This document shows, in pieces, positions 45,764 to 55,696 of a DNA stretch of 64,000 nt. The notes beneath the pieces are model-generated. The model was not told where the DNA came from and did no database searches. It saw only the letters and a program-made list of their open reading frames with translations. Position 1 is the stretch's first letter. Every line of letters begins with the position of its first letter. The position numbers were made by a program, and so were the translations under genes. The stretch is from Klebsiella phage vB_KpM_FBKp34. Location of the stretch: the sequence record MW394390.1. One strand, written 5' to 3'.

Positions 45764-46792
45764 TTATCTCCCTATTGCAATCCAATAACATGGCTGTGCA
45801 ATGCTAAAATCTTGTCCAGAGTTACTATCACCCCATAAAGAAAAGCCTGTTGTTGTGCCATTTACACAAGCTAGGACTGTAATATTTCCTGTAGAGGTAT
45901 TCATCTGATTCAGCTTAGGATTAGCATTAATAGAATATACAGCATTAGGGAAAGTAATAGGAAATGTCACACCTACACTAGTTTGAGCTGAACCTGATGT
46001 TGTAGGCAGTGTTACAGAACCCCATTGAATAATAGTGCCAGTATTTACATCTTTCCAGTAACCATTAGTTGCAAATGATGCGGTACTCTTAGAATCAATA
46101 TAACTTCTTAATGTACCATCTAAATTACTTATTTGTCCATCAACATAATCTTTTCTTGTGAGATCTGCATTATCTGTACCTTGTGTACTTCTTGATCGAG
46201 GAGAAGTTAATTCTACCCTACCTGCATATAGAACAATTTCAGATGTTTTTGCAGTTGGTGTTCCTTTATAGATAGTAATAACATCGCCTGTTCTATCCCA
46301 CGCAAAAGAACCTCTTTGAGTATTACTAGCTGCTTGATCATAAATTCTATAATCAAAGTTTTGCCCTGCTGGGGCATATCCATAAAAGTTTTGTAGTGCT
46401 CCAAATCCACCACCACTATCTCTTTTTACAAGAGTATTTGGAGTAGGGTCAGAAGTTGCTGCATTTAAGGTTGCAGAGGATAGAGTCACAGAAGTAACTG
46501 CATCACCATTCCAAGTAGCAGTTCCTGAAATATCCCCTTCAAAGGTTAATTGTGTACCATCTTTAGGTAAATACACATCAGGAAGTCCTGCAATAACTTC
46601 ATCGTTTAAATATCTAATCCATTGACCAAGATTATTTAGTTCCCAGTTGAATTCTTCTGCACTAGGGATTTGACCTTTATCCCAGCCAATAGTTAAAAGG
46701 CTATTCTTAGGTCTAACCTTATTCGTTTGTCCTGTAGAAGGCAGTGTAGTGTCTTCTGTAGCCCAATCAGGATAGTATGTAGGTTGTGCCAT
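45764..46792 (-). CDS. tail fibre protein
   Basis: 342 aa; Ser/Thr/Gly/Asn-rich beta-rich composition; follows the baseplate I/J-like genes. Confidence 0.5.
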   Translation of the reverse strand: MAQPTYYPDWATEDTTLPSTGQTNKVRPKNSLLTIGWDKGQIPSAEEFNWELNNLGQWIRYLNDEVIAGLPDVYLPKDGTQLTFEGDISGTATWNGDAVTSVTLSSATLNAATSDPTPNTLVKRDSGGGFGALQNFYGYAPAGQNFDYRIYDQAASNTQRGSFAWDRTGDVITIYKGTPTAKTSEIVLYAGRVELTSPRSRSTQGTDNADLTRKDYVDGQISNLDGTLRSYIDSKSTASFATNGYWKDVNTGTIIQWGSVTLPTTSGSAQTSVGVTFPITFPNAVYSINANPKLNQMNTSTGNITVLACVNGTTTGFSLWGDSNSGQDFSIAQPCYWIAIGR

Positions 46793-46804
46793 TATATCTC
46801 CTTT

Positions 46805-47428
46805 TTAAGGTGTGGCGGTTAATAGTGAAGGTAAATGCCCACCATATGAATTCTCATCAAATACAGAACCAAATCCTTGGAAAACATCCGATGGTGTTTC
46901 ATCATAGACTGATCCAAAACCAAAAGGTGTCCCTGATTTCAATAGAAGTCTGTAACTACTAAGAATTGGGAAAATCTCTGTTAATTCCTCTTCTGCTTTT
47001 TCTGCATTTAAACATCCTTCATAAAATGCAATATCAAAAGATTTTTGACTACCAATATAAATATTTATACTTTGTTCATCTACTCCGGTAAACCTAACTA
47101 AAAGATCTATAATCTCTGGCATAGTTCCAGAAGTTTTAGTTCTATAAGATCTTATTTTTAGTACGTTTCTGTAATCATCATCAGAAGACCCATTTCTAGG
47201 AACCCCTAATTCCTCTCCGATATTATCAAGAACAATCCCTGTTCCTGTATCTATCGTTCTATTTTTACCCAAAAAGATAACTTCGTCATCTATTTGCTTT
47301 TTCATACTAGCAATAACTTGCAAAAGCTTGACAAGATTATCAGATCCTTTAAACTGTTCTAAAAGTAAATCAAAGGTATCTTTTACATAATCAGGATTAT
47401 ATTGGATATGGTCAACACTGTTAGCCAT
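46805..47428 (-). CDS. baseplate protein (P2 gpI / XkdU-like)
   Basis: 207 aa, directly downstream of the J-like gene. Confidence 0.45.
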   Translation of the reverse strand: MANSVDHIQYNPDYVKDTFDLLLEQFKGSDNLVKLLQVIASMKKQIDDEVIFLGKNRTIDTGTGIVLDNIGEELGVPRNGSSDDDYRNVLKIRSYRTKTSGTMPEIIDLLVRFTGVDEQSINIYIGSQKSFDIAFYEGCLNAEKAEEELTEIFPILSSYRLLLKSGTPFGFGSVYDETPSDVFQGFGSVFDENSYGGHLPSLLTATP

Positions 47429-47437
47429 GTGACCTCC

Positions 47438-48922
47438 TTAAATCACTTGTTCAAACGAAACATTTTCTGTAGAGATGGCTGCAATTTCAGAAAACGCTGG
47501 AGTAATGTCTGAAGTAGAGAAACTTGAATCAGGATCAGATGCTTTTTTAGTTTGAACTTCTAAATAACTTAATCTTCCAAAAGTAATAGAACTAAAAACA
47601 ACACTTTGTAATTGAACATTAAATATAGTTGTCCCAATCTCAAAAGATGAAGCCAGATTAACAAAGTTATTTTGGATAACTGTTTGTTCTTCTGCTGTCA
47701 ATGGAGAATCATCTACTGTTCTGTATCTTACTCTAATACTATATTCAGTTTCACTAGCAGGAGTATATTTTATAACTTCAATACCACCATCTGGAAGCGC
47801 TTGATTATAACTGACTGTACCTGATGTCAGAGTATTAATAGGTTTTTTATTATATAATGTAGTTGCAATTTCTTGAGGATCACCACCTAGCACTACTGTA
47901 TTAAATGTAAATGCTGGGGCTTCTGGTGTATCATTAATAGTTGGATTATCATAGATTCTAACTTTCTCAACACCGTCTAAATCAGAAATAGCTTTATAAA
48001 TTGCTGGTCTTGTTGCAGCATTTGATTCATCAATAACATCGTTAAATCTTGCTCTATACTCTGCATCTGTTTCAACATCACGACCCGGATAAAACTCAGT
48101 AAAGTTACCTACAGCAAGTTGACCTGTGATTGAAGGTGTTATACTAACAATTCCACCAGGAAAAACATCATAAACCCCAGTCTCAGTTGCTGTTACAGGA
48201 ATAAGACTCCACTTAGTTCCTACGTTAACTGTTGCATAGAATTTAACAGAAGAATTTAAACCAACAGGATTGGTTAAATCTGTACTATTAAATCCTACAT
48301 ATAAAGTATTATTCTGAACAAAAACTTTACTGGTCTCAGATGATGCAACGTTAGAAGATATAAAAGTTGCCAGATCTGTCATCAATGTTGAAGAGTTTGT
48401 TGCAAAAGTCGCAGTATTTAAGGCTCCACTAACTACATTTGTAATATAGAATGTAATGGATGTCCCAGCGGCAGTCAATTGCGATTTAGTAACCGTGTAA
48501 GCAGCAATACGATCACGTAATGCTGTTTCTATAGATACCTGGTATGTTTGACCACTAGATGATCTAAAAGATGTTGACAGCGGAATACTTGTCGTCCATA
48601 ATGCAGTATTATTTGTCTTAATGAAGGCATAACCATTCCCGGCTGCACTTGTCTTTCTAAATATACTACGTCTTGAGAGGATTTCATCCAGATAAATACC
48701 TTCTGCACCATTCAAAGTTTGGCTATTATAAACAGCTTGCAATCCTTGCCAAGTATAGATATCCTGAAATGCAAAGATACTCAGAAACTGTCCTATAACA
48801 GAAGAGTCTCCTATGTTTACATCACTCCCAAATGTTGCCCTTGCGTTTTCATAATATGCAGATCTCCAGTCATCATAAGAAGGCATTATGAAACCGAAAT
48901 CCTTTAATCCAAAGTCACTCAT
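47438..48922 (-). CDS. baseplate J-like protein (P2 gpJ / T4 gp6 family)
   Basis: 494 aa; position after the gp25-like gene; N-terminal architecture typical of baseplate J. Confidence 0.55.
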   Translation of the reverse strand: MSDFGLKDFGFIMPSYDDWRSAYYENARATFGSDVNIGDSSVIGQFLSIFAFQDIYTWQGLQAVYNSQTLNGAEGIYLDEILSRRSIFRKTSAAGNGYAFIKTNNTALWTTSIPLSTSFRSSSGQTYQVSIETALRDRIAAYTVTKSQLTAAGTSITFYITNVVSGALNTATFATNSSTLMTDLATFISSNVASSETSKVFVQNNTLYVGFNSTDLTNPVGLNSSVKFYATVNVGTKWSLIPVTATETGVYDVFPGGIVSITPSITGQLAVGNFTEFYPGRDVETDAEYRARFNDVIDESNAATRPAIYKAISDLDGVEKVRIYDNPTINDTPEAPAFTFNTVVLGGDPQEIATTLYNKKPINTLTSGTVSYNQALPDGGIEVIKYTPASETEYSIRVRYRTVDDSPLTAEEQTVIQNNFVNLASSFEIGTTIFNVQLQSVVFSSITFGRLSYLEVQTKKASDPDSSFSTSDITPAFSEIAAISTENVSFEQVI

Positions 48923-49238
48923 TATTTACGTCCTTACCTTTAGGTCTAGGCTCTTGATCGTCTTCAGTTTGATTAAAATCTCCGTAACGATACTTCATTA
49001 ATTTACTTGCAAGATTAGGAGTAACTACGATACATGCATAAATCCATGCATACCATTCAGGCAATCCTATGAAAAAGCCAAAGTAAATAAATACTGCGGT
49101 CATACATAGAAAACCAACATTACTCCAAAACCTTGTATGTGAATATTGCCCACCAGGTCTAAAGGCAAATAAAAAAGATTTTAAAAAATTTATCATTTGC
49201 ACCTCTAAACTATCCCCAGTTATTCCACCAAGTTGCAT
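48915..49238 (-). CDS. small membrane protein embedded in the baseplate module
   Basis: 107 aa; two TM helices (GFLCMTAVFIYFGFFIGL, WIYACIVV); charged C-terminus. Confidence 0.4.
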   Translation of the reverse strand: MQLGGITGDSLEVQMINFLKSFLFAFRPGGQYSHTRFWSNVGFLCMTAVFIYFGFFIGLPEWYAWIYACIVVTPNLASKLMKYRYGDFNQTEDDQEPRPKGKDVNNE

Positions 49239-49734
49239 AAGTGTTTATAGGTAGACCATTAAAATTAATAAACTCGTATAGTTTATTCACATAAGTTATT
49301 TGATCACCTAATCCACAATCAATATGAGGGTTATCATCACCAAAATCTGGGTATTCCCATTCAGCCTGTGGAGAAATTTCTGCATCAACAAAAATAACAC
49401 CGTCGTCTGTTACTACAGCAACTTTTAGATCATAAATTCTTAATTGTCTATCCCATGTAGATGAGAAGGAATCAATAGAGTTAACTCCTTCTTCTTGTCT
49501 AATTTCATTAAGAAAAATTGTATCTACATCTTTTTTATTACGGGCTTTACCTATAATCTCTTGTTGATAGGGTATCCCATAATCTTGGTTTATAAACCAC
49601 TCAGTTTCAAAAGTATTAAGTCTTATTTTCAATCTTTGACCTAACTCTTCGTCTTTCTTAGATGTAAAAGTTAAATCTTGATCCACAAAAATAAGATCAT
49701 TTGTATCCTTATCAAGTTTAAAATCAAAACTCAT
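49210..49734 (-). CDS. baseplate wedge protein (gp25/gpW lysozyme-like family)
   Basis: 174 aa; LGQRLKIRLNTFETEWFINQDYGIPY matches the GPW/gp25 motif. Confidence 0.65.
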   Translation of the reverse strand: MSFDFKLDKDTNDLIFVDQDLTFTSKKDEELGQRLKIRLNTFETEWFINQDYGIPYQQEIIGKARNKKDVDTIFLNEIRQEEGVNSIDSFSSTWDRQLRIYDLKVAVVTDDGVIFVDAEISPQAEWEYPDFGDDNPHIDCGLGDQITYVNKLYEFINFNGLPINTYATWWNNWG

Positions 49735-49736
49735 AA

Positions 49737-50390
49737 TTAACTCCCAAGTGGATTAGTACTGCTTCCACCACTCTCAACACCACCATGGGTATGTTTATCA
49801 ACAACAGAACCATCTACAAGTGTTAATTGTCCAGTAGGAGATATTTTTAAACCATTTAAGTTAATAGTTCCATCCGAACCCATTTCAATTTTCCCCCCAG
49901 AATTTTCAATAATAATTGTTCCATCTGGATATAAGGTAAATTTAGATTGATCATTAGCAATGACCAAATTTTCACTATCTATTTCTGTTGAACTATTTCC
50001 AGCAGATAAACATGGTATAATCGCAATAGGATATAAACCTAAATAAGTTCTCTGTGCAGGTTCACTTAAATTGTCACCATTATTTCCAGAAAGGAAGTTA
50101 GATGGGTCTCTTTCAGAGAAGACCACTAACACTGTATCACCAGGTTTAATAGGGAAAGTAATTTTTGCTTTACCACCATTACCAGATTGTACTACAATAG
50201 GAATATCTAACAATTCTGGATAGGGTATTGTTTTACTTGTACCTATGGCAGTTTTCACAAGTGGTTGTGCAGATCCTTTCCCTGAGCCATAGTTAATAGA
50301 AGTTAATCTCGCCGGAACTGCTGTATGGACATCTGCCAGTTTGCTTGTGATCAGATCTCCTAATGTTGTTGTAAATCTATCTGGATTCAC
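49737..50390 (-). CDS. baseplate spike/assembly protein V-like (OB-fold)
   Basis: 217 aa; IVVQSGNGGKAKITFPIKPGDTVLVVFSERDPSN matches the Phage_base_V core; Gly/Ser-rich C-terminal tip. Confidence 0.55.
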   Translation of the reverse strand: MNPDRFTTTLGDLITSKLADVHTAVPARLTSINYGSGKGSAQPLVKTAIGTSKTIPYPELLDIPIVVQSGNGGKAKITFPIKPGDTVLVVFSERDPSNFLSGNNGDNLSEPAQRTYLGLYPIAIIPCLSAGNSSTEIDSENLVIANDQSKFTLYPDGTIIIENSGGKIEMGSDGTINLNGLKISPTGQLTLVDGSVVDKHTHGGVESGGSSTNPLGS

Positions 50391-51356
50391 TTAAGCCCCC
50401 TGTTTTGATATAGTAGCATCTATTGGAACTGCTTCTACACGGGTTGTCCACTCAGACTCTTCATAACTTCCTTTATGAGTAACTTTTGTGACTCTAAATG
50501 CACCGTCATAGCCCCTGGCCTTGACATAAATTGTAGAATCAGGAATAATAGCACCATCAAGTTGACACTCCAAAGATATACCGTTTGCAGGTGTTTTATT
50601 CTTTTTAGATTTTTTCTCACTCTGACTTAATGGCTCTGGTCCCTGTTTGAGTCCCGTCTCATCTGACAAATACGCAGATTGCTGAGTTAATCTTTTATTA
50701 TTAGGTAACACATAAATAGAGCCGTCTTGAATTGAATAAGAGTGGTTAATCCCACTGGCAAGATTTCCTAATTGATTAGATGTTCCACCTACAAAAGAAA
50801 CAGGCGTTGTAGTTGTAGGCACAGAAGAGTCTATTTCAATTCTACCTACAGGAGTTCCTAAATCTTTTGCTAGGTCATTAAAGATTTGATCATATGTTGT
50901 CCCAGCAGGGTACGTCCTTGACGTTAGTGCCTCTTTTACATTCACAGCACCATCTGCACATTTAAGTGTAGTTTGTCTTGTTTCTCTTTCCCATTTATCA
51001 ATTATTTTTGCAACAGTGCCTTTAAATACAGTTTTAACTTCTCCAACCCAGCCAGCTTCTAAAATTAGAACCAAATAGTTTTCAATATTAGTTTTAATAT
51101 AATTTACAAGGTTATCATCTAAGTTAAATATTGTTATCTCAGTACTATTAGGTTCTTTATTATTATCTTTCTTTATTGTAAAGGAAATTTGATGAGTTGT
51201 CAACTCATAAGCATTTGTTCTTCCTTTAGAATCCTGAATATTTTTATCCAAATCAACAGGCACTGTGAAGGAAGAATTTGTGGATAAATTTTGTGATAAA
51301 GGTACACCAGTACCAAATCTTAACCTGTACTGATGAAGAAATCTATAATTTTCCAT
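50391..51356 (-). CDS. baseplate hub-like protein (XkdQ / Mu gpP-like position)
   Basis: 321-aa ORF between the DNA-circulation-like genes and the spike. Confidence 0.4.
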   Translation of the reverse strand: MENYRFLHQYRLRFGTGVPLSQNLSTNSSFTVPVDLDKNIQDSKGRTNAYELTTHQISFTIKKDNNKEPNSTEITIFNLDDNLVNYIKTNIENYLVLILEAGWVGEVKTVFKGTVAKIIDKWERETRQTTLKCADGAVNVKEALTSRTYPAGTTYDQIFNDLAKDLGTPVGRIEIDSSVPTTTTPVSFVGGTSNQLGNLASGINHSYSIQDGSIYVLPNNKRLTQQSAYLSDETGLKQGPEPLSQSEKKSKKNKTPANGISLECQLDGAIIPDSTIYVKARGYDGAFRVTKVTHKGSYEESEWTTRVEAVPIDATISKQGA

Positions 51357-51365
51357 TTAAGTTCC

Positions 51366-51707
51366 TCATAATGTTACAGTTTCTGTTGAATCAAAGTAAA
51401 CTAATCTATATCTCTTATCAATACCAAAATTATCGTAATCTACTCTTCCCCATATAGCTACTAGGTCTATGGCATAAAGAGATCCGTTAGGCACACCATC
51501 CATATATTTATATGGCCTTAATAAATCAAATCCATTAGTTATTTTAAATGAAGCAGAAGGATCTTCACCTGTAATACCTATATATGCTTGCCAAGATTCA
51601 TCTCTATCAATCCATTTCAATCTTAGATCGTAAGTGTTACCTTCTAGCACAACAGTATAAGTGACATCAACATCTTCTCCACTTTTTAGATACCAAACTG
51701 ACATCAC
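51366..51707 (-). CDS. tail protein (small, XkdR-like position?)
   Basis: 113-aa ORF in the conserved tail module. Confidence 0.35.
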   Translation of the reverse strand: MMSVWYLKSGEDVDVTYTVVLEGNTYDLRLKWIDRDESWQAYIGITGEDPSASFKITNGFDLLRPYKYMDGVPNGSLYAIDLVAIWGRVDYDNFGIDKRYRLVYFDSTETVTL

Positions 51708-51715
51708 ACCTCCAG

Positions 51716-52417
51716 CTAATTATTTGCTTCATTTCTTTTTATTGCTGCATCTCTTTCAGTTTTATATTTATCCTGTGCTGCAACAGCCGCTTCAGATTTT
51801 GCAGAACCACCACTATTAGTATTAGATGCCACACTCTTCTTAGTGCTTTTTGAAACATTTAAAGTGACCTGTTTAGCAAAAGCTAAACGAGTTTGTTCTA
51901 TAGCTATTTTAAAATTAATAGCTTCTTGTGCTTCTTGATCAAATTCTATACCAGTAATAATACAATTATCTATCTTTTGAAACTCACTGTATAAGGTGAA
52001 TAATGTTTTATTTTTAAAGAATTCTTCAAGATAGTCAACAGCAGCTTTAGTCCTTTGTGTACCCGTTCCATAAGTACTAAAATATTCTCCATCATGAGTT
52101 TCAAATGGAGTATTTGAAATAACACCCTCTAAGGTAAATTTATTATTTCTTATGGTAATGTGATCAGTAATATCTGAACCTTGAGACACAGGATACTTTG
52201 TTAAATCACCTTCCCACTTAGTATTGAACTTTGTTGTAACATCCAGTGCAATTATTTTTTGTTGATCACTTTGTGTTTTATCTCCTTGCTCATCAGTTTT
52301 TATATTACCACCTTCCTTGGCAGTAAACAGTCGAGAGGCAAGAAATAAATATGTTACAGTATTTCCCTCCTGAGAAGTACTCCCAGAGGTATTTGACACT
52401 GTAGATTTAGTTGCCAT
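51716..52417 (-). CDS. tail protein downstream of the tape measure (XkdP / DNA-circulation-like position)
   Basis: 233-aa ORF immediately after the tape measure. Confidence 0.4.
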   Translation of the reverse strand: MATKSTVSNTSGSTSQEGNTVTYLFLASRLFTAKEGGNIKTDEQGDKTQSDQQKIIALDVTTKFNTKWEGDLTKYPVSQGSDITDHITIRNNKFTLEGVISNTPFETHDGEYFSTYGTGTQRTKAAVDYLEEFFKNKTLFTLYSEFQKIDNCIITGIEFDQEAQEAINFKIAIEQTRLAFAKQVTLNVSKSTKKSVASNTNSGGSAKSEAAVAAQDKYKTERDAAIKRNEANN

Positions 52418-52421
52418 TTTA

Positions 52422-54365
52422 CTATTCCCCTAAAATACTTTGGTTAATTTGGAAGTTCTGATCATCAAATGCCCACTCAATTCTTTGGTCAGCACGTGCA
52501 TCAATCAGGTTGCCAAATTCTTCAGAAGGTTCTACTTGAACTACTACAGGCGCTGGTGTAATATTTAAATTATACTGTGGAAGATTAAATGGATTGTTAC
52601 CGCCAAAATTATTTTGATTAGCATACATAGCACTAGGTGCATTAGAACCACTTGAGAACCAGTTATCCCAAAGGTATGTTAACTGATCAGATAGACTCAT
52701 GGAAGTAGGATCAATGACAGCCAAAGGTAAATCACTTTGAGTGATACCTAAAGAAGCCTGGAAGTTCTTTCTCCAATCTAAGAGGCTGTTAATAGCCCCA
52801 CCAAGTTTAATAAATGAACCAGTTAAATCACCTGTGACTTTACCTAAAGCTTGAATAACAGGAACGAAACCTGACAATTCTTTTGAAAGATTGTTGCTAT
52901 TTATACCTGCATCTTTCAAGCCTTGAACAAACGCAGCACCAAATTGACCTTCCATAAAATCTGCTGTTTTACTAAAGGTTGCAGACATATCAGAAAGATC
53001 TTTCAAATTATCTCGTTGAACTTTGGTATAAAGCAAACCTGCGTCTGTTAGTTCATTAAGAGTTGCGACAACATTTTCACCATCTCTACCAACAGATTTA
53101 GCAATATAAGAGAAGTCATTTATTGCTTCTGCTAACGCAGTAAATTCAGAATCTGTAAGTTTTGCACTTTTACGTAAACCTTCAAGTAAGACTGCCAGTT
53201 CAACTGGGCCTTTTACGCTTCTTAGTGTTGCCAGTGCACCTTCACGGCTAAAACCACCACGTTCAGTCATGATCTTTAACCAGTCAGCCATTTCACCACC
53301 ACCACTAAAAGACCAATCCCCAGTTTTCTTATTTTGTTTCCATTCACCAAGGCTTAACTGACCAATTTTATCCTGCACGTCTTTAGAAATATCAGAAATT
53401 TTCTCGAAAGATAGATCGAATCCTGTTGATCTTAGGGCTGCAAGTTGCAAAGCTTGGGTTTCTTCAGGCATGATACCCATAGAACTAACACGACTTAACC
53501 CTCTAGATTGCAATACGGCGCTCTGGAGAGCCATGACAGCACGAGAGTAGCCCATGTAACCTAATGCACCTGCACCTATTAATCCAGCCCCTGCAATAGC
53601 ACCACCGAAGCCTAGACCACCTGATCCACCTTTTCTTAAGTCACCAATCCTCTCTCTGAGAGTCATATGCTCTTTTGAAAGATCTCTTGTGCTTCTTAAA
53701 AGTTGTCTTGTGCTTTCTCTGTATTGGTCTAGTTCTATTTTACCAGAACGGTATCTCCTGTTTAAATTTTCCAGTTCTCTTGAGAATTGTCTAGCTTCTT
53801 TAGCACCAAGATTTAATCTACTCACTTCAAAAGCTAATTGATTACTTCTTAAGCCAGATTTACTATCTCGTTTTTCTTGATTTCTTCTTGCAAGCAAAGC
53901 TTCTCTTGCGATCCTTTCACGAATTTTATCTACGTTTTTTTGCTGATCAAGCATATCCCTAGTATATCTTGCCATTTCAGCATTTTGTCTTTTTACCCTT
54001 TCGTTATCTTCTGCAAAAGCTTTTTTAAAAACGTTAGCACTATCTCTTGCAGATTTCCCAGGTGTCTTATTTACACCAAGTATTTTATTATATGAGTTTT
54101 GAACATTTTTTGCCGCTTGTTTACTTCTAAGCTTTGCAACATCTTCCATAGCTTTTATATGAGCATCCATAACTTGGGTTGCTGTTTTTTTAGCATTTCT
54201 TACGGTTGCTCTCGCAGCTACAGGAGATGCTATGGCATTAGAAGCAGTTTTAGAAAACTCTTGTTGAAGCTTTTTCATGTCATTTCTGACAGCTTTCAAA
54301 CTCTTGGTGTCTGTTTTATAGACAATCCTGTTGACAAGTGTTGCGGCTTCTACCTTAGTAGCCAT
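52422..54365 (-). CDS. tail tape measure protein
   Basis: 647 aa; N-terminal coiled-coil, Gly-rich membrane-like segment GGSGGLGFGGAIAGAGLIGAGALG; position after the chaperones. Confidence 0.7.
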   Translation of the reverse strand: MATKVEAATLVNRIVYKTDTKSLKAVRNDMKKLQQEFSKTASNAIASPVAARATVRNAKKTATQVMDAHIKAMEDVAKLRSKQAAKNVQNSYNKILGVNKTPGKSARDSANVFKKAFAEDNERVKRQNAEMARYTRDMLDQQKNVDKIRERIAREALLARRNQEKRDSKSGLRSNQLAFEVSRLNLGAKEARQFSRELENLNRRYRSGKIELDQYRESTRQLLRSTRDLSKEHMTLRERIGDLRKGGSGGLGFGGAIAGAGLIGAGALGYMGYSRAVMALQSAVLQSRGLSRVSSMGIMPEETQALQLAALRSTGFDLSFEKISDISKDVQDKIGQLSLGEWKQNKKTGDWSFSGGGEMADWLKIMTERGGFSREGALATLRSVKGPVELAVLLEGLRKSAKLTDSEFTALAEAINDFSYIAKSVGRDGENVVATLNELTDAGLLYTKVQRDNLKDLSDMSATFSKTADFMEGQFGAAFVQGLKDAGINSNNLSKELSGFVPVIQALGKVTGDLTGSFIKLGGAINSLLDWRKNFQASLGITQSDLPLAVIDPTSMSLSDQLTYLWDNWFSSGSNAPSAMYANQNNFGGNNPFNLPQYNLNITPAPVVVQVEPSEEFGNLIDARADQRIEWAFDDQNFQINQSILGE

Positions 54366-54376
54366 AATAACTCCTG

Positions 54377-54598
54377 TTATATTTTAGGTTTATTTTTCTC
54401 AGAAAGTCTTTTAACCTCAATATCTCTATATTCAAGATCTCTTATATACTCTTTAAGTGCAATTGCTTCATGAAGTTGTAAGAAATAGTCAATACCATAT
54501 TGATCTAAAGAGTATCTCGTTTCTGATGTCTCTGATACTACTTTAAAAAACATATAATCATACCAAGTTAAAGACGAACTTTTCCTAGCAACATCCAT
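54377..54598 (-). CDS. tail assembly chaperone, downstream frame (possible frameshift partner)
   Basis: 73-aa ORF in a different frame 20 nt after the 171-aa ORF, directly before the TMP. Confidence 0.35.
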   Translation of the reverse strand: MDVARKSSSLTWYDYMFFKVVSETSETRYSLDQYGIDYFLQLHEAIALKEYIRDLEYRDIEVKRLSEKNKPKI

Positions 54599-54618
54599 AG
54601 CTCTTTTGATGCTAGGGT

Positions 54619-55134
54619 TTACTCGGCTTTGCTCAGACCCACCACTGGAATGATCGAGCGAATAAGTTTTCCGAAACCTGTCTTGAAAAAAGGGGAGTAG
54701 TTTATCTCAACAACTTTAGCCATTAGTTGTAAAATAACCTCGTTTTTACCCATGAAAAGAGTATCGAAGTTTTCAAGAACACTTGTATTCTCATAATAAA
54801 CTTCATCTAACAACAGAGCAATGAATTGAAGAAGATCATCTTCATCCATTGTATTAAATAGCTGTAACAGAGCAGCAGGAAGGGCTTCAGAAAAGCTAGC
54901 TTCTCCTGGCTTTGTATCGACCATCATAGAAACAGGTACAGCAAAATACTTACCGATTTTAGAAATTCTTGAAAAAGTTTTAGTTGGACTCCAGTGGATA
55001 ATCCTGAAATTCATTTTTTCACCGCTAATACACTCAGCAGTAAACGTTGTCTCTGGTGCAGCTAATCTTTTCATTGTAGATTGCTGTTGCATACCTTGAA
55101 TACTTTGCATATTATCTCCATAAAAATAAAGCAC
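54619..55134 (-). CDS. tail assembly chaperone
   Basis: 171-aa acidic ORF between the tube and the TMP. Confidence 0.45.
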   Translation of the reverse strand: MLYFYGDNMQSIQGMQQQSTMKRLAAPETTFTAECISGEKMNFRIIHWSPTKTFSRISKIGKYFAVPVSMMVDTKPGEASFSEALPAALLQLFNTMDEDDLLQFIALLLDEVYYENTSVLENFDTLFMGKNEVILQLMAKVVEINYSPFFKTGFGKLIRSIIPVVGLSKAE

Positions 55135-55155
55135 GACATTGTGCCGTGCTTTTAT
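55123..55155 (-). terminator. rho-independent terminator after the tail tube gene
   Basis: minus-strand AAAGCACGGCACAATGTCGTGCTTT hairpin followed by ATTTTTAT. Confidence 0.55.
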
Positions 55156-55186
55156 TATAACATAAATATTTTTATTTTAAAACAAC

Positions 55187-55666
55187 TTAAACAGTAATAC
55201 CTTGGATAGAGTTCAGAGAAATTGCAGTAGTTCCTCTTACAAGACTACAATCTTTAAGTCCAATCACCCAATCTACAGAAGTAACTTCTGAACCGATTGT
55301 ATTTTCACCTTGACTTTGAATCCAGCCAATTGTATTAATAATAAAACCACGGGGGTCTTCCATATACACAGGGAAAGCAACTTCTCTTGTTAAATACATC
55401 TGCTCATGATACGCTGTAATAACATCATTAGCACTAGACGTTGCTTGCAGTGATAGAGTAAGAGTTCCTAGTTTATTTCTTTGCAGTGCAAGAGATACGT
55501 CACCATCTGTCCCTGAATAAGGAACAATGATATCACTGGTCTTAGTAATAGTGATTTTAGTATCTGTAGCAAAACCATAAGGTGCCCAACCACCCAGAAG
55601 TAACGTAACTTCTGAAGGATCGTAGGCCATTAGACCTGTTAGCATTTGATCCATTATATTCTCCAA
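55187..55666 (-). CDS. tail tube protein
   Basis: 159 aa, directly after the sheath, followed by a terminator (XkdM-like position). Confidence 0.5.
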   Translation of the reverse strand: MENIMDQMLTGLMAYDPSEVTLLLGGWAPYGFATDTKITITKTSDIIVPYSGTDGDVSLALQRNKLGTLTLSLQATSSANDVITAYHEQMYLTREVAFPVYMEDPRGFIINTIGWIQSQGENTIGSEVTSVDWVIGLKDCSLVRGTTAISLNSIQGITV

Positions 55667-55696
55667 TAATATGGGGAGCTTTACTCCCCTTTATAA

